From the sequence record DRR378314_1769: 34,257 nucleotides of DNA; one strand, 5' to 3'. The position numbers were made by a program, and so were the translations under genes. Below the pieces are notes generated by a model. It did no database searches. It worked only from the letters and a program-made list of their open reading frames with translations, and had not been told where the DNA came from. The stretch's first letter is position 1. Every line of letters starts with the position of its first letter. This document shows, piece after piece, positions 17,897 through 27,200 of the stretch.

Positions 17897-20218
17897 TTAG
17901 TTGATAATTGCAATTTTTGTAGTACTTGTTTCTGAAGCATCATCATTAGATAATAAAACAATATAAATTCCAGATACTACCGCTTTTCCTGCTAAATTTT
18001 TCTTATCCCAAACAACTTTCCCCCCTTGTAATTGCTGTCCTTCTACTACATTAGTTTCATAAACTAAGTTTCCAGAAACGTCTAAAATTTTTACATTAGT
18101 TCCTTTTGGCAAGTGATTACCATTTTTACCATCTATTGTAACTGTTAGGTGATTTTTTAATGCAGGATTAGGATAGGCATAAACTTCAACTAATTCATCT
18201 CCAAAACTCGCAACATTACTGTTGTATGCAACCACACCTTTATCTGTGGCGAAAAACACTTTTCCTGATGAAGTATCTACGGTAATTTTTAATATTTTAT
18301 TAGATGGTAAAGGAGAGTTGTCTTTATTAAAACTAGCCAATGTCTTTTGACCGTTCGGGTTGGTATATAATACACCTCCATTATCAGTACCAAACCATTT
18401 ATTGTCTGCGCCGTCTATAGTAATCGTATTTATTGTTTGATCTCCTAAAAGCTTTTTTGGAATACCATCATCTAAAATAATAATTGGTTCTGTGTCATAT
18501 ATTGAAGCATCGAAAAGACCGCTTGCATTATTAAAAACAACCATTCCTGATTGAGTTCCTAACCATATTCTATTATTGCTATCTACTGCAACAGCTCTAA
18601 CATTTGCGTGTGGCAAGCTTCCCTTTGTAGGCTCAGTAGTAAGTGCTCTTTTTCTATCTCCATTTTCATTATAAACATATACCCCGTTTCGTCTAGTTCC
18701 AATCCATAAACTATTGGTGTTATCTATTTTAATAGTATTTAATTCTTCTGCCGAGTTTGTTTGTAAGCTTCTTAAATCAAAAGTTTGCCAGGTTCCACTA
18801 GTATTAAGTTTTTTTAATTTATTAGCAGCCAACGCATCTGTAATCCATAGATTACCTTGATTATCAAAGACAGTTCCATTTATTCTTGTTGTAATAAGGT
18901 TTGGATTTGTTGGAAACAGATCTTCTAAAGGACTATTTTGTGAGTTATAAAAAGTTGTAATTTTATCATCAATTACCTCTAAGAGTCCACCTCCAGATAA
19001 AATATTACCAGAACTGGTTTGAGAAAAAGAGCTTATAAAAACCCTATTATCATGACTCGGATCAATTGATATATTTACCAAATCTAATACAGGAAAAGTA
19101 GAAGTAAACGGTGTATTTATCCAATTTGTACCATTAAAATGACTAAATCCTTTTAGATTTCCAATTGGAACATAGGCTGAATTATAACCTCCGTAAACAA
19201 ACCAAATATTATTATTTAATGAAGCCATTGAAAAAACGCTATTTGTTAAAGGACCTTTAGGATGAATTTCTGTAAAACTTTGCGCTGTAATTGCTGTCTG
19301 TAATATTCCAAATTCTTTTGTGTTTAAAAACAATGTGTTCCCTATTAAATTTGCAGAATTTAAATGATAATCATTTGTAATAGTTGGAGAAGTTTTAAAA
19401 ATTTCTGTTAAAGTTGAATTATAAACAGAAGCTTCTCTTTCTGTTGCTGCAACTAAATACTGACTATTATTTTTTAAACTTAAAATTGTACTTGAAAGAG
19501 TTTTAACAGCTTCTAAATTAGATCCGTTTATTCTATAAATATTAGAAGTGCTTGATATGTATGTTTGATTATTAAATCTTGTAATACTTGAAAAACTACC
19601 TGAAAAAAGAAGTGTCCAGTTATTAAAATCTATAAGATTTGGGTTTGTTAAATCTGCTTGATAAAGCCCATTCTCTGTTGCAGCAAAAATTTGATTTCCA
19701 ATTATTAATGTTTCGTTAACTCTTACTGAAGATGAATTCGCTCCAATAAAAAAAGTGTCTCCAAATTCTAATTTAGCAACATCATACTCTACAATTGCAA
19801 ATGGTGTAGATAAATACAGCATGTTATTAAACTGTGAAATATGATTAATTGTCTTTTCTCCAGATTGATTAAAATTAACAATATCCGCAGAAATATGAAT
19901 GGAATTATCTTCTTTTAAAACCTCAATCAATCCTGTTTCATAGCCAATTACTAATCTGTTATTTGCGTTGTTAAAAATAATAGATGATGTTGTTTCACCA
20001 GAAAAACCATTAATAGAAGATAGTTTATTTGTTACAGTTGTTGATATGTTATAAGTAAAAACAGCATTATCTGTTAGTGCATAAACATCATTGTTTACTA
20101 AAACAAAATCTTTGACATTGTTATATGAATAGAAATCTTCCCATTTATCACTAAAATCTGTTTGTGAAAAAGAAGAAAATGAAATTAAGAATAAAATAAA
20201 CCAATAATTTCTGTTCAT
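17897..20218 (-). CDS. porZ: PorZ-like type IX secretion system beta-propeller protein with C-terminal T9SS sorting domain
   Basis: Repeated D..N.LW.GT propeller blades; C-terminal AYPNP...VKILDVSGNLV...WD...SGIYIV...TKIAIIN; adjacent to recO. Start moved to ATG 20218 because TTG 20242 lies in the promoter TATCTTTG. Confidence 0.8.
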   Translation of the reverse strand: MNRNYWFILFLISFSSFSQTDFSDKWEDFYSYNNVKDFVLVNNDVYALTDNAVFTYNISTTVTNKLSSINGFSGETTSSIIFNNANNRLVIGYETGLIEVLKEDNSIHISADIVNFNQSGEKTINHISQFNNMLYLSTPFAIVEYDVAKLEFGDTFFIGANSSSVRVNETLIIGNQIFAATENGLYQADLTNPNLIDFNNWTLLFSGSFSSITRFNNQTYISSTSNIYRINGSNLEAVKTLSSTILSLKNNSQYLVAATEREASVYNSTLTEIFKTSPTITNDYHLNSANLIGNTLFLNTKEFGILQTAITAQSFTEIHPKGPLTNSVFSMASLNNNIWFVYGGYNSAYVPIGNLKGFSHFNGTNWINTPFTSTFPVLDLVNISIDPSHDNRVFISSFSQTSSGNILSGGGLLEVIDDKITTFYNSQNSPLEDLFPTNPNLITTRINGTVFDNQGNLWITDALAANKLKKLNTSGTWQTFDLRSLQTNSAEELNTIKIDNTNSLWIGTRRNGVYVYNENGDRKRALTTEPTKGSLPHANVRAVAVDSNNRIWLGTQSGMVVFNNASGLFDASIYDTEPIIILDDGIPKKLLGDQTINTITIDGADNKWFGTDNGGVLYTNPNGQKTLASFNKDNSPLPSNKILKITVDTSSGKVFFATDKGVVAYNSNVASFGDELVEVYAYPNPALKNHLTVTIDGKNGNHLPKGTNVKILDVSGNLVYETNVVEGQQLQGGKVVWDKKNLAGKAVVSGIYIVLLSNDDASETSTTKIAIIN

Positions 20219-20310
20219 GTTAACTATAAATTTATCTATCAAAGATATTTAATAATTGTAACAATAACGATAAAAAGCAATACATTAGTACAATTAAAGC
20301 AATACAAAAT

Positions 20311-20784
20311 ATGAGTCTAGAAATAGAGCGAAAATTTTTAGTTAAGAATAATTCTTTTAAAGAAAATGCTTTTAAAAAAAGCTATATTAAACAAGGTTTT
20401 TTAAATTCTAATAAAAAAAGAACTGTAAGGGTTAGAATTATTGATAATAAAGCATTCTTAACGGTAAAAGGGGTTTCTAATAAAGAAGGAACAACTAGAT
20501 TTGAGTGGGAAAAAGAAATTTCTGTTAAAGAAGCTCAACAATTAATGCTGTTAACAGAAAAAACAATAATCGAAAAAAATAGATATTTTATCAATTCTGG
20601 AGATCATTTATTTGAAGTTGATGTCTTTTTAGGTAACAATGAAGGATTAATTATTGCAGAAGTTGAACTAAATTCTGAAAATGAAAAATTTATTAAGCCA
20701 AATTGGATTTTGAAAGAAGTAACTGGAGATGTCAAATATTATAATTCATCATTAAGTAATCATCCATTTAATCTTTGGGCATAA
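20311..20784 (+). CDS. CYTH domain protein (triphosphate tunnel metalloenzyme)
   Basis: EIERKFLV, QGFL, VRVR, EKNRY, FEVD, IAEVEL, EVTGD.KYYN. Confidence 0.92.
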   Translation: MSLEIERKFLVKNNSFKENAFKKSYIKQGFLNSNKKRTVRVRIIDNKAFLTVKGVSNKEGTTRFEWEKEISVKEAQQLMLLTEKTIIEKNRYFINSGDHLFEVDVFLGNNEGLIIAEVELNSENEKFIKPNWILKEVTGDVKYYNSSLSNHPFNLWA

Positions 20785-20810
20785 AAAAACCTCGAACAAA
20801 AAGCTCGAGG
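20783..20810 (-). terminator. Intrinsic terminator, best formed on the minus strand
   Basis: Minus strand reads CCTCGAGC-TTTTT-GTTCGAGG-TTTTTTT; the G-U pair and the U-tract both work only in this orientation. Confidence 0.7.
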
Positions 20811-20891
20811 AAATTTAATAAACCTACCCCCTAAATAAGATTTATTTACCTTAAACGCTAAAACAATATTAAATATTGCATAGTCATTCAA
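20783..20891 (-). ncRNA. Candidate small RNA (~105 nt), possibly carrying a 9-aa mini-ORF
   Basis: -7 element TATATTTG at 20904-20897, terminator at 20810-20783, and no long ORF between them. Confidence 0.4.
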
Positions 20892-21119
20892 GACCACAAA
20901 TATAATTTCTTTTTTACTGATTAGCAAATAATTACATTTATTTTATTTAATACCCTATTAATTTAATATAGATTAAAGAATCTCTGTTTTTTATGAATAA
21001 AAATCAAAATAACAGGTGTTTTTATAAATATTTATCAATAATTTTAACAAGATGTTGAAAATTCTAAATAACGCAATATTAAAATAAAATAAAAAACAGG
21101 CAGAAATACCTATAATAAA

Positions 21120-21758
21120 TTAACAATAAAAGTAAATTGAAATGAAATGAGAAATACTTCCTAAAAGCACAAATAAATGAAAAACTGCATGGTTTAGCGG
21201 AATCTTTTTTATAGAGTATAATACAGCTCCAATTGTATAAAACACTCCACCAAGAAATAACCAAAACAAACCCTGCTCTTCCAGTTTTTCTATCAAAGGG
21301 GTAATTGCAAAAACAATTTGCCAACCCATTAACACATACATTATAGTAGAAAGTTTGTCGAATTTCCCTGTAAAAAAGAGCTTTAAAATAATTCCAATCA
21401 ACGCAAAAGACCAGGTTAAACTGAAAATGATCCATCCTGTCTCTCCTTCTAATGTAATTAATGTAAATGGTGTATAAGTTCCGGCAATTAATACATATAT
21501 AGCAGCGTGATCAAAAATATTTAATCTCCTCCTTATTTTTGGAACTCTAGCTGCATGATAAAATGTAGAAGCAGCATATAATATTATTAAACTAATACCA
21601 AAAATATATAAACTAGCTGGTTTCCAAAACCCATTAAAATGAATAGCTTTAAGCACCAGAAAAGGAAAAGCAATTATGCTTAAAATTAATCCAAAAGCAT
21701 GAGAAAACACATTCAGTTTTTCTTCTTTCGCACTATATTTATGAACTTTTTTTTCCAT
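21120..21758 (-). CDS. Hemolysin III / PAQR family membrane protein
   Basis: EE..N..SH, ASTFYH, DHAAIYVLIAGTYTP, HAVFHLFVLLGS..H. Confidence 0.93.
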   Translation of the reverse strand: MEKKVHKYSAKEEKLNVFSHAFGLILSIIAFPFLVLKAIHFNGFWKPASLYIFGISLIILYAASTFYHAARVPKIRRRLNIFDHAAIYVLIAGTYTPFTLITLEGETGWIIFSLTWSFALIGIILKLFFTGKFDKLSTIMYVLMGWQIVFAITPLIEKLEEQGLFWLFLGGVFYTIGAVLYSIKKIPLNHAVFHLFVLLGSISHFISIYFYC

Positions 21759-22521
21759 GTTGCAGATTTGTGTCTTTCATATATTTATCATCATTAGATA
21801 GTTCATTATAAATAATATCAAAGGTTCTATTTAATAAATAGTCTCTATCTTCTTCTAGAAGCATTCCTTTTGTTTCTATAAATTGATGTTGTTTTACTCT
21901 AAAAGTACCTGGACTTCCTTTAAAGAAATTCCATGAATATAAACGTTTACAATCATAGTATGTTGTTGGAACAATTGGCATTTGAAACTCTATAGCTAAA
22001 TTAAATGCTCCTTTTTTAAACGGACTTAGTATAACATCTTCTGTTGGTACTAATCCTTCTGGAAATATACCCATACTAGTTCCGTTTTGTAATCTTTTTT
22101 TCGCCATTTCATAAACTCTTTTTTTGCTAGAGTTACTGCTTCTATCAACCATAATTACTGTTTTTTTGTAAAAAAAACCAAAAATTGGAATTTTAACCAA
22201 CTCCTTTTTCCCTATAAAAACAATTGGATTTTTAGACATTGCAGCTAATATAAATGGATCTAGTAATGAAGAATGGTTAGGACAAAACATGTAACTTTTA
22301 TTTCTATCAATCTCTTGTTCTATGGTTTTGTCAATTCTAAAACCAGTTCCATAAATTAATACTTTAGAAAAAACTCTAACCATTTTCCAAAAAGTTGGAT
22401 AGTATTTTTCATCTGCTGTTAATACCAATAAAAATGGTAGCATTATAATAATAGAAGCGGCAAATAAAATATAGAACCAAAGGCGCCAAATTATTCGCAA
22501 TATATTTTTAAAGAAATTCAT
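21739..22521 (-). CDS. 1-acyl-sn-glycerol-3-phosphate acyltransferase (PlsC family)
   Basis: NHSSLLD (HX4D), FIGKKEL, VDR, FPEG, PFKKGAF. Start moved to ATG 22521 because TTG 22530 lies within the promoter TACTTTTG. Confidence 0.9.
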   Translation of the reverse strand: MNFFKNILRIIWRLWFYILFAASIIIMLPFLLVLTADEKYYPTFWKMVRVFSKVLIYGTGFRIDKTIEQEIDRNKSYMFCPNHSSLLDPFILAAMSKNPIVFIGKKELVKIPIFGFFYKKTVIMVDRSSNSSKKRVYEMAKKRLQNGTSMGIFPEGLVPTEDVILSPFKKGAFNLAIEFQMPIVPTTYYDCKRLYSWNFFKGSPGTFRVKQHQFIETKGMLLEEDRDYLLNRTFDIIYNELSNDDKYMKDTNLQHGKKSS

Positions 22522-22574
22522 GAATGCCAAAAGTAGTAATTTATATTCTTATTAGGTTTTCCTTATTAAAACTG

Positions 22575-22582
22575 TATTTTTG
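22575..22582 (+). promoter_or_regulatory. -7 element (TATTTTTG) upstream of trpS
   Basis: TAnnTTTG 34 nt before the ATG. Confidence 0.55.
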
Positions 22583-22616
22583 TTTCAAAATTATAGAACA
22601 TACTAAACAGCTATAA

Positions 22617-23585
22617 ATGTCTAGAATATTAACCGGAGTACAAAGTACAGGAACACCTCATTTAGGTAACTTATTAGGAGCGATTTTACCAGCTATTGAA
22701 ATGGCTAAAACCTCAAAAGAAGAAACTTTTTTATTTATTGCAGATATGCATTCGTTAACGCAAATTAAAGATGCTGCGCTATTAAAAGAAAACACTTACA
22801 GTGTTGCTGCTACTTGGCTTGCTTGTGGTTTAGATATTAATTCAACTATATTCTATAGACAAAGTGATATACCAGAGGTTACTGAGTTAAGCTGGTATTT
22901 GAGCTGTTTTTTCCCATACCAAAGACTTACATTAGCGCATAGTTTTAAAGACAAAGCAGATCGTTTATCTGATGTAAATAGCGGTTTGTTTACATATCCA
23001 ATGCTAATGGCTGCAGACATTTTATTATATGATGCAGATGTTGTACCTGTTGGTAAAGATCAATTACAACATTTAGAAATGACTAGAGATGTTGCAAATA
23101 GGTTAAATAATATTGTTGGAGATACTTTGATTCCGCCAAATGCAAAAATTAATGAAGACACAAAATTAGTTCCTGGTACAGACGGACAAAAAATGAGTAA
23201 ATCTCGTAATAATTTTATCAATATTTTCTTACCTGATAAAAAATTACGTAAACAAGTTATGGGAATTCAAACAGATAGTACTCCACTTGAAGAACCTAAA
23301 AACCCAGATACAGATAATGTTTTTGCACTTTATAAATTAATGGCTTCTGAAGAACAAATTGCTACAATGAGAGCAAACTACGAAGGAGGAAACTATGGTT
23401 ACGGACATGCAAAACAGGCTTTATATGAGTTGATTATTACTAAATTTTCTGATGAAAGAAGAAAGTATAATCATTATATGGAAAACTTAAACGAAATTGA
23501 TGAAGCATTAGCTATTGGAGCAGATAAAGCTAGAATTGTAGCTTCTAAAGTCTTGAAAAGAGTCCGTGAAAAAATGGGATATTAA
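22617..23585 (+). CDS. trpS: Tryptophanyl-tRNA synthetase
   Basis: TGVQSTGTPHLGN (HIGH), YPMLMAADILLY, VPVGKDQ, KMSKS. Confidence 0.97.
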   Translation: MSRILTGVQSTGTPHLGNLLGAILPAIEMAKTSKEETFLFIADMHSLTQIKDAALLKENTYSVAATWLACGLDINSTIFYRQSDIPEVTELSWYLSCFFPYQRLTLAHSFKDKADRLSDVNSGLFTYPMLMAADILLYDADVVPVGKDQLQHLEMTRDVANRLNNIVGDTLIPPNAKINEDTKLVPGTDGQKMSKSRNNFINIFLPDKKLRKQVMGIQTDSTPLEEPKNPDTDNVFALYKLMASEEQIATMRANYEGGNYGYGHAKQALYELIITKFSDERRKYNHYMENLNEIDEALAIGADKARIVASKVLKRVREKMGY

Positions 23586-23627
23586 AAAATAAAAAAGCCT
23601 CGTTATTTACGAGGCTTTTTTATTTTT
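23585..23627. terminator. Bidirectional intrinsic terminator between trpS and the aldo/keto reductase gene
   Basis: AAAAATAAAAAAGCCTCGT-TATTT-ACGAGGCTTTTTTATTTTT, a perfect inverted repeat. Confidence 0.9.
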
Positions 23628-23638
23628 ATTATTATACT

Positions 23639-24679
23639 TTATGGTGCTGGGTTGGGTATCATTTGATGTACTTCTTCAATTTCGTTTAAAATTGTTTCAG
23701 ACAATTCAATATTAATACTATCAATATTTTCTTCTAATTGAATTAGATTAGTTGCACCAATAATATTACTTGTAACGAATGGTAATTGGTTGATAAAAGC
23801 TAAGGATAGTTGTGTTAATGTTAAACCGTGCTTCTCTGCAATTTTTTTATATTCTTTTACGGCATTTAAGGATCCTTCCGACATGTAGCGAGCAATAAAC
23901 CTTGGAAACAAAGTCCCGCGAGCTCCTTCTGGTTTATTACCATCTAAATACTTTCCAGACAAAACACCTTGCGCTAATGGAGAATAAACCAATAAACCGA
24001 CATCTTCTCTTAAAGACACTTCTGACATTGCATATTCATAAGCCCTATGAATTAAAGAATAAGAGTTCTGAATTGTAACCATTCTTGGTAAGTTATTTTC
24101 TTTTGCAGTTTGCAAATATTGCATAGTTCCCCAAGGAGTTTCATTTGATAAACCTACTTTTTTAATTTTCCCTTCTTTTACAAAACCATTTAAAGTTTCT
24201 AAAATTTCTAGATGATTTTCAGCTTCTTTTGTTGCTGTTTTAAAAGGGTAATCTCTAACTCCAAAACAATTAACACCTCTTCCTGGCCAATGTAACTGAT
24301 ATAAATCTATATAGTCGGTTTGTAAACGTTTTAAACTACCTTCTAAAGCCTCTTTAAGTCCTCTTTTACTAAAACCATCTTTTCTGATATGCGCTGTGTA
24401 ATCACCAGGTCCTGCGATTTTAGAAGCCAAAATAACTTTTTTTCTATTTCCTGTTTTTTGAAACCAAGAGCCAATTATTTTTTCTGTTGCTCCATATGTT
24501 TCTGGTGTTGCAGGCACTGAATATAGTTCTGCTGTATCAAAAAAGTTTACCCCTTTTTCTAATGCAAGATCCATCTGTGCATGTCCTTCTGCTTCTGTAT
24601 TTTGGTTTCCCCAAGTCATAGTTCCTAAACAAATCTTAGAAACCTTTATATCTGAATTTGGTAATGTTGTGTATTTCAT
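23639..24679 (-). CDS. Aldo/keto reductase (Tas-like)
   Basis: ICLGTMTWG, FFDTAELY, DYIDLYQLHWP, GLSNETPWG, YSPLA.G.LSGKY. Confidence 0.93.
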   Translation of the reverse strand: MKYTTLPNSDIKVSKICLGTMTWGNQNTEAEGHAQMDLALEKGVNFFDTAELYSVPATPETYGATEKIIGSWFQKTGNRKKVILASKIAGPGDYTAHIRKDGFSKRGLKEALEGSLKRLQTDYIDLYQLHWPGRGVNCFGVRDYPFKTATKEAENHLEILETLNGFVKEGKIKKVGLSNETPWGTMQYLQTAKENNLPRMVTIQNSYSLIHRAYEYAMSEVSLREDVGLLVYSPLAQGVLSGKYLDGNKPEGARGTLFPRFIARYMSEGSLNAVKEYKKIAEKHGLTLTQLSLAFINQLPFVTSNIIGATNLIQLEENIDSINIELSETILNEIEEVHQMIPNPAP

Positions 24680-24697
24680 CTTGTAAAATGTATTTGT

Positions 24698-24734
24698 AAA
24701 AATAAGAGCGTCTAATTTAATAAATTAGACGCTC
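24698..24734 (-). terminator. Intrinsic terminator downstream of pgk
   Basis: GAGCGTCTAATTTA-A-TAAATTAGACGCTC inverted repeat (24706-24734), followed by TTATTTTT on the minus strand. Confidence 0.8.
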
Positions 24735-24754
24735 AAAAAAATATATTGTAAAAT

Positions 24755-25942
24755 CTATTTTAAAATAGCTTCAATTCCTGGTAATGTTTTTCCTTCTAAC
24801 ATTTCTAACATTGCGCCTCCACCAGTAGAAACATAACTAACTTTATTTGCAAATCCAAACTGTTTAACTGCCGCAACAGAATCACCTCCTCCAACTAAAG
24901 AAAAAGCACCATTTTTAGTTGCTTGTGAAATAGCATTTCCAAGCTGAATTGTACCATTTGCAAAGTTTTCCATTTCAAAAACACCTAAAGGGCCATTCCA
25001 AAGAATTGTTTTTGAATTAGCAATCACTTCTGCAAATTTATCTGCGGTTTTAGTTCCAGAATCTAATCCCATCCAGCCATCAGGAATTTCATTAGTGTTT
25101 ACTTCTTGAGTGTTTGCTTTGTTATTAAAATCATCAGCAATAATAGCATCAACCGGTAGATGAATTTGAACATTTTTTGCTTTTGCTTTTTCTAAAATGT
25201 CTAAAGCTAATTGCAGTTTATCATCTTCAACCAAAGAGTTTCCAATTTTTCCTCCCAATGCTTTTACAAAAGTAAAAGTCATACCGCCTCCAACAATAAT
25301 ATGATCTACTTTGTCTAAAATATTTTCTATAACACCAATTTTAGAAGATACTTTTGCGCCTCCTAATATTGCTGTAACAGGTCTTTCACTATTATTTAAA
25401 ACTTTATCTATACTTTCAATTTCTTGAGCTAATAAGTTTCCAAAACACTTTTTATTATTAAAAAACTGTGCAATTATCGCAGTAGAAGCATGTGCTCGGT
25501 GTGCTGTTCCAAAAGCATCATTTATATAAATATCTCCTAATTTTGCTAATTGTTCTGCAAAACTTACATCTCCACTTTTCTCTTCTTTATAAAAACGTAA
25601 ATTTTCTAGTAATAAGATTTCTCCTGGTTTTAGGTCTGAAGCGGCTTTTTCAACAGTATCCCCAACACAATCATTAACAAATTTTACTTGTACACCAATT
25701 ACTTCTGTAACTTTTTCTACAATATGACGTAAAGAAAATTGATCTTCTTTTCCTTTTGGTCTTCCTAAATGCGACATTAATATTGCAGAACCTCCATCTT
25801 CTAAAACTTTGATTATAGTAGATTTTGCAGCTTCAATTCTAGTCGCATCTGTTACTTTAAAATCGTTATTTAAAGGCACGTTAAAATCTACTCTAATTAG
25901 TGCTTTTTGGTTGTTAAAATTAAAATCGTTTAGTGTTTGCAT
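24755..25942 (-). CDS. pgk: Phosphoglycerate kinase
   Basis: [47 protein letters not shown]. Confidence 0.98.
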   Translation of the reverse strand: MQTLNDFNFNNQKALIRVDFNVPLNNDFKVTDATRIEAAKSTIIKVLEDGGSAILMSHLGRPKGKEDQFSLRHIVEKVTEVIGVQVKFVNDCVGDTVEKAASDLKPGEILLLENLRFYKEEKSGDVSFAEQLAKLGDIYINDAFGTAHRAHASTAIIAQFFNNKKCFGNLLAQEIESIDKVLNNSERPVTAILGGAKVSSKIGVIENILDKVDHIIVGGGMTFTFVKALGGKIGNSLVEDDKLQLALDILEKAKAKNVQIHLPVDAIIADDFNNKANTQEVNTNEIPDGWMGLDSGTKTADKFAEVIANSKTILWNGPLGVFEMENFANGTIQLGNAISQATKNGAFSLVGGGDSVAAVKQFGFANKVSYVSTGGGAMLEMLEGKTLPGIEAILK

Positions 25943-25959
25943 TGCTTATTAGTTTTTTA

Positions 25960-25967
25960 CAAATGTA
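25960..25967 (-). promoter_or_regulatory. -7 element (TACATTTG) for pgk
   Basis: TAnnTTTG 17 nt upstream of the ATG. Confidence 0.6.
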
Positions 25968-26036
25968 CTTATTTAAAGACGTTACAAAAAATATGAAAGT
26001 CAAAATTAAGGGAACGATTTCGAGAATATAAAGTTA

Positions 26037-26044
26037 TATATTTG
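26037..26044 (+). promoter_or_regulatory. -7 element (TATATTTG) for holB; predicts a leaderless mRNA
   Basis: Ends 4 nt before ATG 26049. Confidence 0.6.
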
Positions 26045-26048
26045 CGAT

Positions 26049-27200
26049 ATGTTTTTTAAAGATGTTATTGGTCAGAATCATATAAAAAATCACCTTAAAT
26101 CTGCTACAGAAAAAGGGAGAATTCCACATGCACAGTTATTTGTTGGTAAAGAAGGTTTTGGGACCTTACCAATGGCAATTGCATACGCCCAATATTTATT
26201 AACTGAAAACGCTACAGATCAAGAAAGTTGTAGAATTAAGTGTGAAAAATTAGTGCATCCAGATATGCATTTTGCATTTCCTGTAACTTCTAATGACAAG
26301 GTAAAAAAACATCCAATAAGTAGTTTGTTTTTAGAAGATTGGAGAACCTTTATGAAAGAACAATCTTATGGAAGCTTGTACAATTGGTTGCAATTTATTG
26401 GTGTAGAAAACAAACAAGGGTTAATTGGTGTTGATGAAGCAGAAAGTATTGTAAAGTCTTTAAAATTAAAATCCTATGAAGGAGGTTTTAAAGTAATGAT
26501 TATTTGGATGGCAGAAAAAATGAATATTTCTGCTGCAAATAAATTGTTAAAGTTAATCGAAGAACCACCAGAAAAAACAATTTTTATTTTATGTACAGAA
26601 GACGAAGAGCAAATTATAAACACCATTAAGTCTCGTTGTCAGGCTATTTATTTTCCTGCTTTATCTGAAGAGGATATTGCACAGGCATTAATTAGAACCG
26701 AAAAAGTATCTGAAAGCGCAGCTTATAAGTTAGCACATCAGGCAGAAGGAAACTATAACAAAGCCATACATTTATTACATCACGATTCTAGTGATCTTAT
26801 TTTTGAAACTTGGTTTATAACATGGATAAGAACGGCCTTTAAAGCTAAAGGAAATGCAACTGTTGTAAAACAATTGGTAGAATGGAGTGATGAAATTGCT
26901 AAAAGTGGTAGAGAAACTCAAAAACGATTTTTAAAGTATTGTTTACAGTTTTTTAGACAGGCCATGTTGTTAAACTACAACTCAGAAAAAATTGTTTTTT
27001 TAGAAACAGAAACTGCTGGGTTTGATTTAAAAAAATTCGCACCTTTTGTTCATAGTGGTAATGTTTTAGAAATAAGCGAAGAAGTTAGTTCTGCAATGTA
27101 TCATATTGAAAGAAATGGAAATGCTAAAATTATATTATTAGATTTATCAATAAAACTTACCAGGCTTTTACATACTAAAGAAGCAAAAACTCCTTCTTAA
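26049..27200 (+). CDS. holB: DNA polymerase III subunit delta'
   Basis: F.DVIGQ, HAQLFVG..GFG, HPDMHF, AANKLLKLIEEPP, TIKSRCQ. Confidence 0.92.
   Translation: MFFKDVIGQNHIKNHLKSATEKGRIPHAQLFVGKEGFGTLPMAIAYAQYLLTENATDQESCRIKCEKLVHPDMHFAFPVTSNDKVKKHPISSLFLEDWRTFMKEQSYGSLYNWLQFIGVENKQGLIGVDEAESIVKSLKLKSYEGGFKVMIIWMAEKMNISAANKLLKLIEEPPEKTIFILCTEDEEQIINTIKSRCQAIYFPALSEEDIAQALIRTEKVSESAAYKLAHQAEGNYNKAIHLLHHDSSDLIFETWFITWIRTAFKAKGNATVVKQLVEWSDEIAKSGRETQKRFLKYCLQFFRQAMLLNYNSEKIVFLETETAGFDLKKFAPFVHSGNVLEISEEVSSAMYHIERNGNAKIILLDLSIKLTRLLHTKEAKTPS

Noticed and set aside
21050-21072. ATTCTAAATAA Fur-like half site and DnaA-box-like TGTTGAAAA in the AT-rich gap
   Set aside because: Half site only, and degenerate matches are expected by chance at this AT content
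21079-21435. 118-aa Cys/Phe-rich ORF (-)
   Set aside because: Alternate frame of the hemolysin III gene; its composition is explained by T-rich hydrophobic codons
25492-25677. 61-aa ORF (+)
   Set aside because: Antisense within pgk
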